A DNA stretch of 63,968 nucleotides, filler included, from Craspedostauros australis (Eukaryota), in NCBI GenBank assembly GCA_030167865.1. It is 14 parts of 14 records of this genome, joined end to end, with 100 filler letters (N's around TTAATTAATTAA, not from the genome) between each part and the next. Parts side by side here need not be neighbours in the genome. Positions count along the whole stretch, not along the records: positions 25,954 to 42,921 come from JALAGF010001940.1; positions 43,022 to 44,346 come from JALAGF010001941.1; positions 44,447 to 48,088 come from JALAGF010001944.1; positions 48,189 to 50,959 come from JALAGF010001945.1; 10 more parts are not named here. The stretch is one strand, 5' to 3'. The notes under the pieces are model-generated. The model saw only the letters and a program-made list of their open reading frames with translations. It was not told the DNA's origin and did no database searches. Shown here piece by piece: positions 35,708 to 48,399 of the stretch. Positions within the stretch are counted from its first letter, which is position 1. Each line of letters opens with the position of its first letter. The translations under genes were made by a program, and so were the position numbers.

Positions 35708-38308
35708 ATGTTGAGGCCAGGCCATATTCAAGCCCAGGTCCGCCTGGTGCAGAGGCGGTGCAGATCATGGACCACATCGGTCGGAGCAGTTAACGGTGCA
35801 GGAACCCTGGATGCATCCACGCAGCAGCGTCAATGGAGAGGAATGAGCACCAATACACAGCAATTCTCATCGATGGCGGCAGAATCGGAGGATGAAGGCA
35901 CGCATCTGCAGGATAGAAATCTCAACCAGGCAGCGCATCTGCATCATGGTGAGACGGACTCCGGTCGAACAGCTCCATCTCCATCGCACAACCATGTCAA
36001 TGGCAATCGAAGCAGCACCAAAAATGGACATGCTCATGCCAATGATCGCAACACACGAAATCGTGATCGTGCCAACGCCTTTGGCTATTTGAATGGTTCC
36101 ACCAATGGCCATTCGAGTTATCACTCCAATGGCCATGCCAGCCGTGTTAATAGTCATCCAACCGAACATGGCTCACTATTACGTTCGACACGGCAGGACA
36201 TGCAGCAGCAGGGCCAGCAGCCAAGTGGGTATGCGCAGCACGATCGAGGGATCTGGAATGCTGAGAAGAATGGAGTCAACGGCGTCAATGGCATGTATAA
36301 TATGCATAGCATGGATGGTAGCACCGCAAGCCAAAATCACGACGCAAGCAATACCCCCATCAGCAACGAGAACAGTATCGGCGCTAATCCAAATCAACGG
36401 AAGCGACAGCAACAGAAGCGTACTCGCAGATCTGGAGGCGGCTCGCGAAGAGCTTCCAAGACTCATAGCATCCATAACACTCACAACAGCAACAGAAACA
36501 GAGATACGAACTCAGAACCACTGAAACCGCCCTTCAGAATGTCCAAGTTCTCAATGCGCAACCCCACGGACCCGCAGTGGGACCTGAAGGTTCAGGACGA
36601 GGCGGAGTTGGCACTCTCGTGGTGCGTGGAGAACGTGTGGCAAGGTGGCATCTTCAGTGGCCTCCTCCTCCTCGACAGGATCAGCACCAACGACGATCTC
36701 GTCTCCAGACCCTCCGTGCACCAAATGGCCAAGAAGATCGCCTGGGCCAGCTCAAGGACCAGCTCACCCAGTCTCGCCAAGCAGCTCACCGAGGTCATGG
36801 GCAAGTTCCTGCTGCACTCTGGCGCTTGCCACACCTTGGACCCGGAAGTCACTTTCGGGATACGCAGATCTTTGCTCAACTGCTGGTCAAAGCTGCGGGA
36901 CGTCAACGGCACGGGCAAGACGGTGCACAGAGCATTCCTCGACCTCAAGGACGCCGCGACGATCAGCGAACACAACCCTCTGTCCGACGCCGCGTCCGCT
37001 TGCTTCATCAAAAGAATCGACAGCATCGTGTACAACCAGGTCATCAACGCGCTCGCCAACGATGGCGAAGTCGAGCTTGCCGTCTCGGTCCTGGAGGAGA
37101 TGATCCACAATCCGATCGTTCCAGTGGACCGCATCACATTCAACACCATACTCAAGGCGATCTTCAACTCCAATGAGCCGGATACCATGGTCAAAATGTC
37201 CGACACAATCGTGACTCTCATGCATCATCTCAACAGTTCCCAGTCCCACAACACAGAGGACGGCATACGTCCCGACATCCACACGCACAACATGAGGCTT
37301 GCCATCCTCGCCAAGAGCTCCCATCCGCGAAAGGCCCACAAGGCATGTCAGATATTGGATGAAGTGGAGAAATTGAGACAGGACGACTCGCAGCAAGACC
37401 CCCGACCCTACAAAAAGGTCTTCGTCTCCATCTTGAAATTACTCACCGTGTATCATGCTCAAGTGAAAGACGCGGACAGAGCCTTGCGCTGCATGGTCGA
37501 AGCCGGATGCACGCCTCCGCCCACAACCTTCAACGCCGTCATCAACTGCTGGGCCAAATCAAATCACAACAATCCAGGCAAGATGGCCAGCGACCTGCTC
37601 ACCTACGTCAAGCAACACCGGCGGGACTTCCGCAGCGACGTCGCCACCATCACCATCCTCCTCAACGCATTCGCCAAGGGCGGCCACTACGACGAGGTAT
37701 TCCTCCTCTTCGATCGTATCTTGGAGACTGCCACCGATCCGGATCTTCCGGACAGGCTGAAACCCAACAAGCTCACTTTCATGGCGGTGCTGCGCGCGCT
37801 GGCCAAATCGAATCGAACAGATGCTGGTGAGCGGGCGAACAAAATTCTCCTGCAGATGCAGTCGCTGCACAACGAGTACGGCATCGACTGCAAACCCGAT
37901 ACCATCGTCTTCAACGCCGCCATCAACTGCTGGGCCAAATCGAACGTGCCCGAGGCGGGACACGAAGCGGGACAGCTCCTTCACGACATGAAACAGCTGG
38001 CCTACATACAGGAACCGAACCTTCAGCCGGATTCGGTCACGTTCAACGCGGTCATCCACGCCCACGCCACCGCCAAGAACAATCGTGATGCCACGTACCC
38101 CAAGATTGCCGACATTCTCGATGAGATGACCACGATGGCGGAAAATGGACAGAAGGTCATGAGGCCATCCAAATGGGCGCTATCTGCCGTGAAGAAAATC
38201 ATCCAGGGCGACAAGAACGCAGCACAGCAAATGGCGGCGGCGTTGCAGAAATTCCGCCTGCTGGAGCGAGTTCCGGAGCTTGCGCAACTCTTCAAACGAA
38301 AGCTGTGA
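35708..38308 (+). CDS. Pentatricopeptide-repeat protein, probably mitochondrial, 866 aa
   Basis: PPR motifs (VYNQVINALA, TFNAVINCWAKS, KPDTIVFNAAINCWAKS, PDSVTFNAVIHAHA). The Arg-rich, acid-free N-terminus resembles a presequence. Confidence 0.9.
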   Translation: MLRPGHIQAQVRLVQRRCRSWTTSVGAVNGAGTLDASTQQRQWRGMSTNTQQFSSMAAESEDEGTHLQDRNLNQAAHLHHGETDSGRTAPSPSHNHVNGNRSSTKNGHAHANDRNTRNRDRANAFGYLNGSTNGHSSYHSNGHASRVNSHPTEHGSLLRSTRQDMQQQGQQPSGYAQHDRGIWNAEKNGVNGVNGMYNMHSMDGSTASQNHDASNTPISNENSIGANPNQRKRQQQKRTRRSGGGSRRASKTHSIHNTHNSNRNRDTNSEPLKPPFRMSKFSMRNPTDPQWDLKVQDEAELALSWCVENVWQGGIFSGLLLLDRISTNDDLVSRPSVHQMAKKIAWASSRTSSPSLAKQLTEVMGKFLLHSGACHTLDPEVTFGIRRSLLNCWSKLRDVNGTGKTVHRAFLDLKDAATISEHNPLSDAASACFIKRIDSIVYNQVINALANDGEVELAVSVLEEMIHNPIVPVDRITFNTILKAIFNSNEPDTMVKMSDTIVTLMHHLNSSQSHNTEDGIRPDIHTHNMRLAILAKSSHPRKAHKACQILDEVEKLRQDDSQQDPRPYKKVFVSILKLLTVYHAQVKDADRALRCMVEAGCTPPPTTFNAVINCWAKSNHNNPGKMASDLLTYVKQHRRDFRSDVATITILLNAFAKGGHYDEVFLLFDRILETATDPDLPDRLKPNKLTFMAVLRALAKSNRTDAGERANKILLQMQSLHNEYGIDCKPDTIVFNAAINCWAKSNVPEAGHEAGQLLHDMKQLAYIQEPNLQPDSVTFNAVIHAHATAKNNRDATYPKIADILDEMTTMAENGQKVMRPSKWALSAVKKIIQGDKNAAQQMAAALQKFRLLERVPELAQLFKRKL

Positions 38309-39279
38309 TGCGTTGGTTTCTTCTTCTGCATGCATGGAGTGCTCGAAGTGGGACATTGCCAACAATAACACGTCCTCTCGAGAGTAAGAGTATTCCAGCA
38401 CATCATCAAGCTTTCCATCTCTATCTCAATTGTTTCTTTATGCGTGCATTCCATACATATTGATGTTTTACTTGTGTGATTGTGGATACATGCGTAACAC
38501 ACCATACATGTACGTACTCAAACCAGCGCCGCAAAAGTTGCACGACGAACACGGCATGAGAACTTGTTTGCTGGACTTTTGTCACCATGTCATACGGAAT
38601 CGCACGAGCCACGTACGTAGTCGTAGTTTCTCTCTAAGCGGAGAGGAAAGGAAAGGAATGTGTCGGATCAGTATTGTGTAATAGCATTCTAATACTCTCT
38701 ACGAATAGGATGGTGCTTGACTGCGTACTGAGCGCCTGTGTTGTATAATAGGCTAGAGTACATATCTTTCTGGTATAATATCACACAACGTAACTTCATA
38801 CTCAATCCTAGTGCTCGTGCTCGTGCTTGTTCCACTCTCATGCTTTCACGTTCGTACTCCGAAGAGCCTCTCTCAATTGACTTTAATCCCTACATATTCC
38901 ATCCGATGTACTCGGTGTATAACATGTTGGTGTGGCACCCATGACGACGAATCGATGTGCTCTTTCAGAGCAGAGTAGAGCAACTTGCTGCCTCAAGGAA
39001 CAAGTGCGCCGACCAACTCATCAATGCAGAAATCGTGGTCGAGCATACTCTCTCTATCTCTCTCACTAGAGTGTGTATAGTGCCATGTTGTGTAGATACG
39101 TCTCATTTTATTGTGTAAGATATTACGTGTGTGTAATGCAATAGATAGATACGGACGTATGCAGGGTGAATGGTGCAACTTGTATAATAGATGTAAAACG
39201 CATATGGATTGCAGCAGTGACTTGTACCAGTACTCGTACTCAGTGTTTGATTCAGTGGAATGCATGAAGAGCCTGTAAA

Positions 39280-40725
39280 TCATATAATTGCAAACTGGGT
39301 TGCATCACCCAACGACAAATGATCATCGTCCAGATTGAACAGCTCATCTCCAAAGTCAATGTCCGAGAAGCAGCTTTGCGTGTCACCGAGCTCCTCCAAT
39401 GTGGTGTCCACCAAGTCTCCGGTGGGCGTGCTGTAGGGCAATGCCAACGCAGAAGTTGGGGATGGGGCTTGGTTGGCAAACATGCCACGATGCTTGCCAT
39501 TGAGGATGATGGTCTGGTAGGAGGTTGGGCGTCGCTGTGTCGTCGGATGGGCATTCTGGGACACACGGCCGCGGTTGTTAGCGTTAGCGTTGGCGTTGGC
39601 GTTGGCAACCTCAAGGTCCTCGTGGTGGAAGTTGCCGGAGTCGTGCTGGGAAGATGGCTGGACACGCTGTTGATTGGGTTGCGCGGATTGGGCGGATGCC
39701 GCCATCCTGAACAGCTTGCCGTTAGATTGTGACAGTGGGCGGTACACCTTGCCTACGTACCGACGATGGTGTTGGTTTACCGTGCTTCGTGGCCGGGAGC
39801 AATTGCGGAGGATATCGATCAAACTATCGAAGCGTTCATCAATCTCAGATTGCCCATTTGCTGGTTGAGGTTGTGGGTCTGTGTTCGGGTAGTAGCTGTT
39901 GGTGTTGGTATCGGTATTGGTGTTGATAGGTTGGACGGTTTGGGCCTGGGGGTTCACGGTTTGGATCACCGAGATTTGGGGATGTACAGATTGAGTCCTT
40001 GGGACATCAATCGTAATCGTGCGGACGGCTTCGGTTTCATCCTCGCTTTTGGTTCTCGCTTCCTCGTGGAACGAGTCATCGCTCGGAGTTGTGGGCGCCT
40101 CCTCGTTCAAGGCCTGGGCACGGGCACGCTCCACGACCTCAAGATCTCGGACATGAGGCATCGTGTGGAAGTCAGGCTCAGTCTCCGGAGACGACGCCTT
40201 GCGGACCCAGGTACCCTTGATGCGCTTGCGTTGGATCCTGGGGCACAGGAAGGGACGTTGTCGCAGGAAGCACTCGTGGTAGTACCCACCGCGGTCCTCG
40301 CCATCTCGAGTGAGGCGCTTGAAGCCGTACAGGCTAAGCTGGCGAAGGAAGGATTGCTTCTTCTGGTGCTGGAAGTAGTTGGGCAGGACCTCTTCGGCGA
40401 ACCTCTTGGTGTCATGGATGCGGAAGGCACGTCCATGCGGGAGCCAGCTGATGATATCATCGTACCCGTGGAGGCTGGCCTCCTCCAGGGCCTTGTGGAG
40501 GAGCATGGGGAAGGTGGTTTGGACACCGCCTCTGGGTGGTCTCATCCTCGTCTCTTCCTCCACATCTTCTGGGATGAGGTCGCTGTGATCATGATAATCA
40601 TGCAGCGTGTAATGCCTCAAGTAGCCCTTGTGGGTGAAGGGACCAGTTCCGCGCCTGCGGGGCTTTCGTTTGCTGGGTTTGTTACCCGCGCCCTGCGAGG
40701 TTCGCTTGGTTCTTGGATCTGACAT
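39280..40725 (-). CDS. Heat-shock-factor family transcription factor, 481 aa
   Basis: HSF DNA-binding domain FPMLLH...IISWLPHGRAFRIHD...SFLRQLSLYGFKR...YYHECFLR, with diatom-type flanks HDYHDH and EPDF. Confidence 0.95.
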   Translation of the reverse strand: MSDPRTKRTSQGAGNKPSKRKPRRRGTGPFTHKGYLRHYTLHDYHDHSDLIPEDVEEETRMRPPRGGVQTTFPMLLHKALEEASLHGYDDIISWLPHGRAFRIHDTKRFAEEVLPNYFQHQKKQSFLRQLSLYGFKRLTRDGEDRGGYYHECFLRQRPFLCPRIQRKRIKGTWVRKASSPETEPDFHTMPHVRDLEVVERARAQALNEEAPTTPSDDSFHEEARTKSEDETEAVRTITIDVPRTQSVHPQISVIQTVNPQAQTVQPINTNTDTNTNSYYPNTDPQPQPANGQSEIDERFDSLIDILRNCSRPRSTVNQHHRRYVGKVYRPLSQSNGKLFRMAASAQSAQPNQQRVQPSSQHDSGNFHHEDLEVANANANANANNRGRVSQNAHPTTQRRPTSYQTIILNGKHRGMFANQAPSPTSALALPYSTPTGDLVDTTLEELGDTQSCFSDIDFGDELFNLDDDHLSLGDATQFAII

Positions 40726-43021
40726 TTGAGTTGGGGGAGTTTGGAGTATTTTAGGGCACGAATAGGTCCTGTCACTGATGTCTGTGTCTGTGTCGATGTC
40801 GATGTTGGTGCGGAGATTTTGAAGTTGATTTTGATAATGTTGTGCTGTGTTCGAATGTTCGTGTCTTTGGTTGGAGATGTGTATGCGCTCTTGTGGGTGT
40901 AATGGATGGTGGATACCGGCGCAGGGAGCGATAATGATAGTTATACTTGTGCTGCTGTTGCTGCTCTGTCGCTTTTGCAGGTGCAGGTGTAGATGTATTG
41001 GTGCTTGTACGGATGGTCTTTGCAGGTTGGGGCATTGGCGGTAGTCCTGAGTTGCTTTTGGCTGAGAAAATGAGCACTTGGCAACTCGGTTGTAGATTTT
41101 TTATGGTTGACGAAAGCAACGAGAACAGGAGGGTCTCGGATGATGAGGATGCTGACCTTGAGTTTTGGGATTGACACTGCTGTCAGCGATGTCAGTGCTG
41201 ACGATGCTGATGACGATACGTGGTGACGAGCTGAAGCCTTGAGAAGTGGAGGTGGGCTTGGCTTTCCGAACCATGAAAAGGCAGTGGGGGCGCATCCAAT
41301 CCAAGATGGGGACCTGGTGTTGGAGGAATGTGGCTGGTTGCGGGTCTCCTTTTGTCCACATGAATGTGAAAGCGATCGTAGCTACTCTCCTCTTTCCGCA
41401 GTTGAGCATGTCACGTACTGCATGCCATGCCATGCCATGCCGTACCATACCGTTTCTTCCATTATCGAACCGTGCTATCACCTCGTTCATGCAAGGTCAG
41501 GGTTCGGGTCGGAGGCTGCGATACTCCCTCATTTGTCCGCTTTTAGGCCAAACGGTGGTTTGATCGGAAAAATTTGGCTTGGCCGTTCTTGGACGTTCCA
41601 GAGGTGCTTCGCGATGTCCAACGATGTTCAACAACGACAACCTTCACAGCGGGTTTGTGGCCATCGTCAAGATGATGTTTTGGCGCGGCTTGGGCCCAGA
41701 ATTCCTGTGTGGTGACATTTGCAGTGTACGTGTAGGGGTCGGAAAGAAAGAAACAAGTAAGTAAACAAACGTGCGCTATCTGTTCCAGGTGCCATGCCTA
41801 CTCGAATGTACTCGCACAAGGTATGGTACGAGACATGATACTCCTATCAGGAAGCCATCGGTTCCCTTGGCGCTCACGCAGTGGTGCTCATGATGTTCGG
41901 AAGGAAGAGTGCCAGCTATTACATGTAGCTCATAGAGTTGTGGAAGCAGAGCAGAGTTGAGTTGAGTACTCTGTTGCAGTATCCGACTTTGTGACTACCG
42001 AAACGGATCTGGGCACTGCACCTGTTCGAATGATACCTAATTGCGTGTGGACGCGAGCTGTCGCCCAAACATCATCCATGAACGAAAGAAGCCGGTCTCC
42101 TCACGATGTTCCGCTGCCACAATGTTCTCCGGTAGTCTCTTTCATGAGAAGTTGTGTTTTGGCGTTCCGATTGTCGCTAACAAGATCGCGGCAGTCTGGG
42201 ATTCAACTTGTGTGGCGAAATGTGCGCCATGGTCATGGTTGGTGCACCGCGATACTCGCGCGATCCCATGGCACACATGCTGTGTGTTGGTTGTAGTCGT
42301 ATGCATCCGAGCGGAAGTATGGCACGAGTTGGTGGGAGGGTGATGGTCGGTGGCGCAGCCTCCGCTGTGGCTCTCCCTCTCTGGTTTTGCGATTGGCTGT
42401 GTTGTGACAACTCCCATCTGTTTGTTGATGGCCAAAATCCGAAGGTTCGCGCCAAGGGATTAGACTTCTCCGGCGAACTTGAAGCGTCACAAGTCAATTC
42501 TCTTTGTGTGACTGTGAAGACTGTAGCACTTCAACTTTTGTACCACCTACGACCTGCACCAAATGCAGAATGGGTCACGATAACACTAGTTGTGGAGTTT
42601 TACTCGTGATGAGTCGTGATAAAGTAGACTAAAATAGAGCACACCCAAAACCATCCAAACAACTGCTTATGATGTTATATCTCAACACCATATCGTTTAA
42701 AATTAAAACTAGACAGTGCATTCGGACGCTTGGCTATCGTTTATTCTGAATATCTCAGTTAAATTTGTATGAACTTTATTTTTAATGTCATTTTGGCTTG
42801 CTGTCAGTCAGGTGGTGGGTGGCAAAAAATTCGGGGTGCCACCATGCTGCCCTACCTTCAGCACCCATGGTCATCATTATCATCCCTGGCATTTTCACAA
42901 TCTGCGCACCACATTGGCTCCNNNNNNNNNNNNNNNNNNNNNNNNNNNNNNNNNNNNNNNNNNNNTTAATTAATTAANNNNNNNNNNNNNNNNNNNNNNN
43001 NNNNNNNNNNNNNNNNNNNNN

Positions 43022-44279
43022 CATCATCATCGACTTCGAGACAGCGTTCTTGCATGGGGATCTCGAAGAGGAGATCTACATGCAATGCCCGAAAGGCATG
43101 AGGCACGAGGCCGACGAATGCTTGCTGCTCAAGAAGACGATCTATGGGCTCGTGCAGAGCGCCAGGCANNNNNNNNNNNNNNNNNNNNNNNNNNNNNNNN
43201 NNNNNNNNNNNNNNNNNNNNNNNNNNNNNNNNNNNNNNNNNNNNNNNNNNNNNNNNNNNNNNNNNNNNNNNNNNNNNNNNNNNNNNNACGACTGCCTGTG
43301 CATCGGGGATGAACAGGAGCTGAAGGACCTCGTGGGGGACATCAAGGCAAAGCGATTCGGTATCAAGGTGGAAGAAGATCTCGAAGACTATCTCAGTTGT
43401 AAGATCAACTTCAACCACGACGAGACCAATTGCTGGGTGAACCAACCGCACATCATCAACAACATCATCAGCACTTTCAAGGACGATGTGATGAAGCTGC
43501 AACGATACGGTACACCAGGGACGCCAGGACAAGGCATCCAGAGAGAGAGTGACTCACCAAAGGTCGACAAGCAGCGACANNNNNNNNNNNNNNNNNNNNN
43601 NNNNNNNNNNNNNNNNNNNNNNNNNNNNNNNNNNNNNNNNNNNNNNNNNNNNNNNNNNNNNNNNNNNNNNNNNNNNNNNNNNNNNNNNNNNNNNNNNNNN
43701 NNNNNNNNNNNNNNNNNNNNNNNNNNNNNNNNNNNNNNNNNNNNNNNNNNNNNGAAGATGAGACCGAAACCCTTGGAGAACGATGCATGGAAGATTGTGG
43801 TGTACACCGACAGCGAGTTCGCTGGTGACAAGGACAATCGCATCAGCGTTGGAGGACATCTGGTTCTGCTGCAAGGAGTGCCTATCATCTGGAGATCGAA
43901 GGCGCAACGCAGCGTGACACTGAGCTCGACCGAGGCCGAGTACGTTGCACTGTCGGAAGCAGGCAAGGAGATCCGCTTCCTGACGCAATTGATGAGTGAC
44001 ATCGGGTTGGAGATACACAGGCCGACAGACGTGATGGTTGACAACGTGGGAGCAATCTTCATCGCTTCCAACCCATCTACATCGGCCAGAACCAGACACA
44101 TCGATATCCGACATCACTTCATCCGAGAGCTGATTGCGAACAGAGAGGCTAGAGCCCGGTTCGTACGTTCAGAGGACAACATCGCTGACGGCTTCACCAA
44201 GAACACGAAGAAGGAGATCTACGACAGACACAAGGGAGATATCATCCAGCCTCGGTCAGCAATGGACCGAGAAGAGTGA
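43022..44279 (+). mobile_element. Ty1/Copia pol fragment (RT-RNase H), gapped
   Basis: DFETAFLHGDLEEEIYM, KTIYGLVQSAR, YTDSEFAGD, LSSTEAEYVA, HIDIRHHFIRE, ADGFTK. Confidence 0.95.
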
Positions 44280-45580
44280 GAGGGATGGTGGTACAAGAGA
44301 GTGATGGAGTGTGGAGTCTATGGTATGATGTCGATGCGACAATGGANNNNNNNNNNNNNNNNNNNNNNNNNNNNNNNNNNNNNNNNNNNNTTAATTAATT
44401 AANNNNNNNNNNNNNNNNNNNNNNNNNNNNNNNNNNNNNNNNNNNNAGCTGTGCATGCATCATTCACAGGATTGGCAGCCGAGGTGAAGACGATGTTGTG
44501 GTGATTGGCGAAGCACTGTCGTCTGCGTCGGACAGCTCGCCAATGCGCTTCGTCGTATTCCGAGACGATTGGCTGTTGCTGGTTTCCATTGTGAGACTGG
44601 TCAACNNNNNNNNNNNNNNNNNNNNNNNNNNNNNNNNNNNNNNNNNNNNNNNNNNNNNNNNNNNNNNNNNNNNNNNNNNNNNNNNNNNNNNNNNNNNNNN
44701 NNNNNNNNNNNNNNNNNNNNNNNNNNNNNNNNNNNNNNNNNNNNNNNNNNNNNNNNNNNNNNNNNNNNNNNNNNNNNNNNNNNNNNNNNNNNNTATCCAA
44801 TCGCCGTTTCTCCCAAAAGCAAGCAAACCAGTGACAACAAGGGGCCAAAACTCCACAACTAGTGTTATCGTGAGTGCATCAACTGCGACCTGGAGGTAGT
44901 AGCACTGTTAGGATGCATGGAGGCAGTGTCGTACCAATGTACTCTACTATATATAGTATCCCACAATGTACGTATACGATAATATGCCCTTTCTCGAGAC
45001 TTCGGGTTTGAAAAACACCTGAATTGCTCTGATGAAATTCAACAGGTACATGGACGCGCGTGCATGGTGGACTCGCTTGCTAAATTGTTAATAGTGTTCA
45101 GTTGAGTCCGTGTGCGTGTGCTTTCGTGAGGGTGTCCAAGAGCCCCATGCGCGTGTTGCGACTGGCTGCGAGAGCAAAACCTGCACTCGTGGCATCGCGA
45201 GTACGAGCTCTCACTCTGCCAAAATCGTACAAACGGGAGACATGAGCTCGCAGACTCCCTTCGCAGTGCGATCATGTCAGAAATTGATAACACCCCCGGA
45301 GAGGAGTCTGTGAAGCACTTACACTACCAGGGGTCGCACATTGCTGTGCATTCTGATGTGAAAGAGAGTGGAGCATAAATGTGTCTGACTAAAATAGTAT
45401 TGTACAGTATGTACCTTGATCGTTTCTTATCCCCTCTTTGCTGCCATCGTCAGTGAACCGTTGAAACTCTTGTGCTGCATCGACGAGAAGGTGGTGTACA
45501 GCGCAGATATCAGATACTTCTGAGGGCGATGGCAGTGGCGCTGATCGTGGCACTCACAGAGACCATCCCGCACAAGCGTT

Positions 45581-47629
45581 TCAAGCGGTGTAGATTTGAA
45601 GCTTGGGTGGGCCGTCTTTGGCCAGTTTCTGCTTCTCTTCTGGTGTGAGATAGTTGACGAAGCGGATGCCTCGATCCGTGTCTACAAGACCGATCCGCGT
45701 GGCCGCTTCTGCCCAGTACTGTTTTCCAGCACCGGAACTGGAGCGCTTTGTCGTCGAGAGGCGGCTGAACTCTTCGATGACTTCTGTGGGCAACTCGCTG
45801 CATGCTCTGCTCTGCATGTGCGATTTGTACATGTTCTGCGCAGCCTGATATATCCCTCGGATGCATCCGGGGAAGTAGGAGGCGCCACGGCCGCGATATC
45901 CCAATGGCAAATTCTTGCAGTGGCGGCAACGCATCCCAACTTGACCGTGCGCGACGGGATTGTTGCTTCCTCGTGAGCGCACGTTGGGCTCGTGCTCTCC
46001 AGAGATGAAAACCTCGATCTGGAGGCGGAGTAATACTTGGTTCGGGGTGAGCCGTTTGTAATCTGACAGCAGGCAGAGAATGCGTGGCAGTTCGCGCATC
46101 TGGCTGTCGACGCTTGGAATTGCTTCGTTGGTGGGGCTTGTGTTGGATGTGGACTCGAGGTCTCGTGAAAGGAAATCCTTGGTCAGTTTCAGCTGGAGTT
46201 CGTAGTCGGGGTGTCTGTACAACCCTGGTCGACCTGGGTTGAGCATGTCGATATCAATCGTGTTGCAAGGTGAGAGGAAGTGGGGCAGGCCGGCATTTTG
46301 TGCCCAGATCTCTGCTGTCGATGACGCCTTTTCTTGTGATGCCGCCACTGGGTCAGGAATTGACGATCGCTCCGCTTCAGTATCATCTGCGTTGTTCTGG
46401 GTTGATCCCTCGGTGGCCAACGGTGGTGATGAAGCTGCGGATGAAGCACTAGATTGGTCGTCCAAGTGCTCATCTCCCACGGTTGCATCGCTTTGTGCTG
46501 GTTCCTTATGCTCGATGGGTCTGTCAGAAGTCGTTGCGAGTGTTGTTGGTGGCGCGGCCATCGTCGGTGGCGTTGGCCGTGGCGATGCTCGTGCATGAGG
46601 AGTCGGCACAAGCACAGACACAGGCACAAGAGCTTGCGGCGCAGGCCGTCGATACGTCACATCGCGTGTCTGGTTAGCGAAATGCGTCGGCGGAAGCCGC
46701 CTCACGCAGATTCGTTGCTGTGGTGGCTGAATGTAACGAATCTCTCGCACGTTGCTTGCGGGCACCTGAGCGTACACCTCAGATTCGTTGGGAGGTGGGC
46801 CTCGAACGATGGAGAAGTTGTCCTGCGTGCGTGCATTCGTTGGTGGCAAAGAATGCATGACGGAATAGGTATGGGGGTGTCCTGGCGCCCCAGATGGATA
46901 GGTCAGAGTCGGCGCAAATGGCTCATTCAGAACGTTCGGCTGGAAAGAGGCTGGAGCTGGAAGGTACAGCTCCCCCCTTTCTCCAACAAGAAGCTGCTGG
47001 GCAGGCATTGGAGCTGGACGGAGTATAACAATTCTTGGGCTGCTGTCTCTGCTCTGCCCGTATGGCTCTGCGAAGGCTTGGTGATGGAACGAAGAAGGAA
47101 CAACCAGATTTTCGTTTGCCTGGTATGCTTGGTGCCCTGTTGCGATATGTGGCTGTGCAGCGTAGCTGTATGCTTCGGGCATAACATGCTCTATCAATTC
47201 ATGCGGTCCTGCACCATCATAGTGCTCCACAGTCAGAGACCTCACAGTATCCGAGATGGCGCCGTATTGATTCGCCTGCGGTGTTCCCGTTGCTGCATTT
47301 TCCGTTGGTCTGACGTGTTCGGGTTGGTGGTAGTGGTGTTGCTGATGATGGAGGTACGGCTGGTACTGCTGGTGCTGTTGGGGTTGGCGGTGTTGGTTTG
47401 GAGTGCCTGGGTTTGAATGAAATCGCACACTCGGTGAAAAGGGTGGGGGCGCCGCTTCACCGGGGCGAGAAGCAGCGAGATCTCGCCGTACCTTCTTCGT
47501 CTTCTGTCGAGAGGGGCCGTGTTGCTGGCGACCTTCGGAGCAAGAAGGGAAATGAGAATGCAGAATATACCCATGCGATTCGAGATGCAGGGTAGGCATG
47601 GCAAAGCACGGTGAGGCGAAGTAAGGCAA
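45581..47629 (-). CDS. Diatom-type hypothetical protein with a conserved C-terminal Cys/His domain
   Basis: Pro/Gln-rich N-terminal half, then LLRLQIEVF...GQVGMRCRHC...GASYFP...IYQAAQNM...H...C...KQYW...GLVDT. Start uncertain. Confidence 0.75.
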   Translation of the reverse strand: MPYFASPCFAMPTLHLESHGYILHSHFPSCSEGRQQHGPSRQKTKKVRRDLAASRPGEAAPPPFSPSVRFHSNPGTPNQHRQPQQHQQYQPYLHHQQHHYHQPEHVRPTENAATGTPQANQYGAISDTVRSLTVEHYDGAGPHELIEHVMPEAYSYAAQPHIATGHQAYQANENLVVPSSFHHQAFAEPYGQSRDSSPRIVILRPAPMPAQQLLVGERGELYLPAPASFQPNVLNEPFAPTLTYPSGAPGHPHTYSVMHSLPPTNARTQDNFSIVRGPPPNESEVYAQVPASNVREIRYIQPPQQRICVRRLPPTHFANQTRDVTYRRPAPQALVPVSVLVPTPHARASPRPTPPTMAAPPTTLATTSDRPIEHKEPAQSDATVGDEHLDDQSSASSAASSPPLATEGSTQNNADDTEAERSSIPDPVAASQEKASSTAEIWAQNAGLPHFLSPCNTIDIDMLNPGRPGLYRHPDYELQLKLTKDFLSRDLESTSNTSPTNEAIPSVDSQMRELPRILCLLSDYKRLTPNQVLLRLQIEVFISGEHEPNVRSRGSNNPVAHGQVGMRCRHCKNLPLGYRGRGASYFPGCIRGIYQAAQNMYKSHMQSRACSELPTEVIEEFSRLSTTKRSSSGAGKQYWAEAATRIGLVDTDRGIRFVNYLTPEEKQKLAKDGPPKLQIYTA

Positions 47630-48399
47630 GGCCAGAAGAAATGAACGGGGTGATCGTTATACACATGAAGTCAAACGGGTTGTCGCGGACGAGAGGATGG
47701 GAGGATCAGGGCTCAGTCAAGCAAGATCCTCCAACACCGGTATCCGTACGAGTACTTGCGAGTGTGCAGATGCAACATTCGCCGAACCCTTCGCATGATC
47801 CGAGACCGTGCAATCGTGATCGTAGTCATCAGTCTTACCATGACATGCGTCCCGTTTCGGAGCTCTGAGTGAAACGCTCCCATCAGCATCGGCGTTGGTG
47901 GCCATGGTATGCATGCGTGGTTCGTTCCATCGAGGATCTGCAGTCCCCACTTCCGCGTCGACTCGGCGCGCTCCTTGCTCATCGTACTGAACGCTGGGTG
48001 CTCGTGTTCGTCCTCTTGGTGCTTCCATGGCTCTGGCAACTGGTTGCATCACAATTGGTCTCGGGAAAGCCAAAGCCGGTTGCCGGTTNNNNNNNNNNNN
48101 NNNNNNNNNNNNNNNNNNNNNNNNNNNNNNNNTTAATTAATTAANNNNNNNNNNNNNNNNNNNNNNNNNNNNNNNNNNNNNNNNNNNNTTGATACTCTGG
48201 TGAATGTGTATGTGTGTTGTTGTACGAGTGAGATGGAACAAGGGAGATGGTTGGGTGATTGTGATTGCGTGCTGCGGTTGATGAGAAGTATGGAATGTCT
48301 AGATTGTATGAGTATGGCTGGTCCATCAACAGCAAGCGAAAGCTGTCCACAGAACCTATCTGCATCACATCGCGATTTCACACCGCTCCATACATTCTC

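Noticed and set aside
39766..40722. Long antisense ORFs (also 46454-47416, 48200-49420, 60026-61198)
   Set aside because: They are shadows of real coding sequence on the opposite strand.
44906..45318. Possible second TRIM (TGTT...AACA at 44906-45044, purine tract near 45300)
   Set aside because: No second LTR, no tRNA-complementary PBS that I can identify, and no clean TSD.
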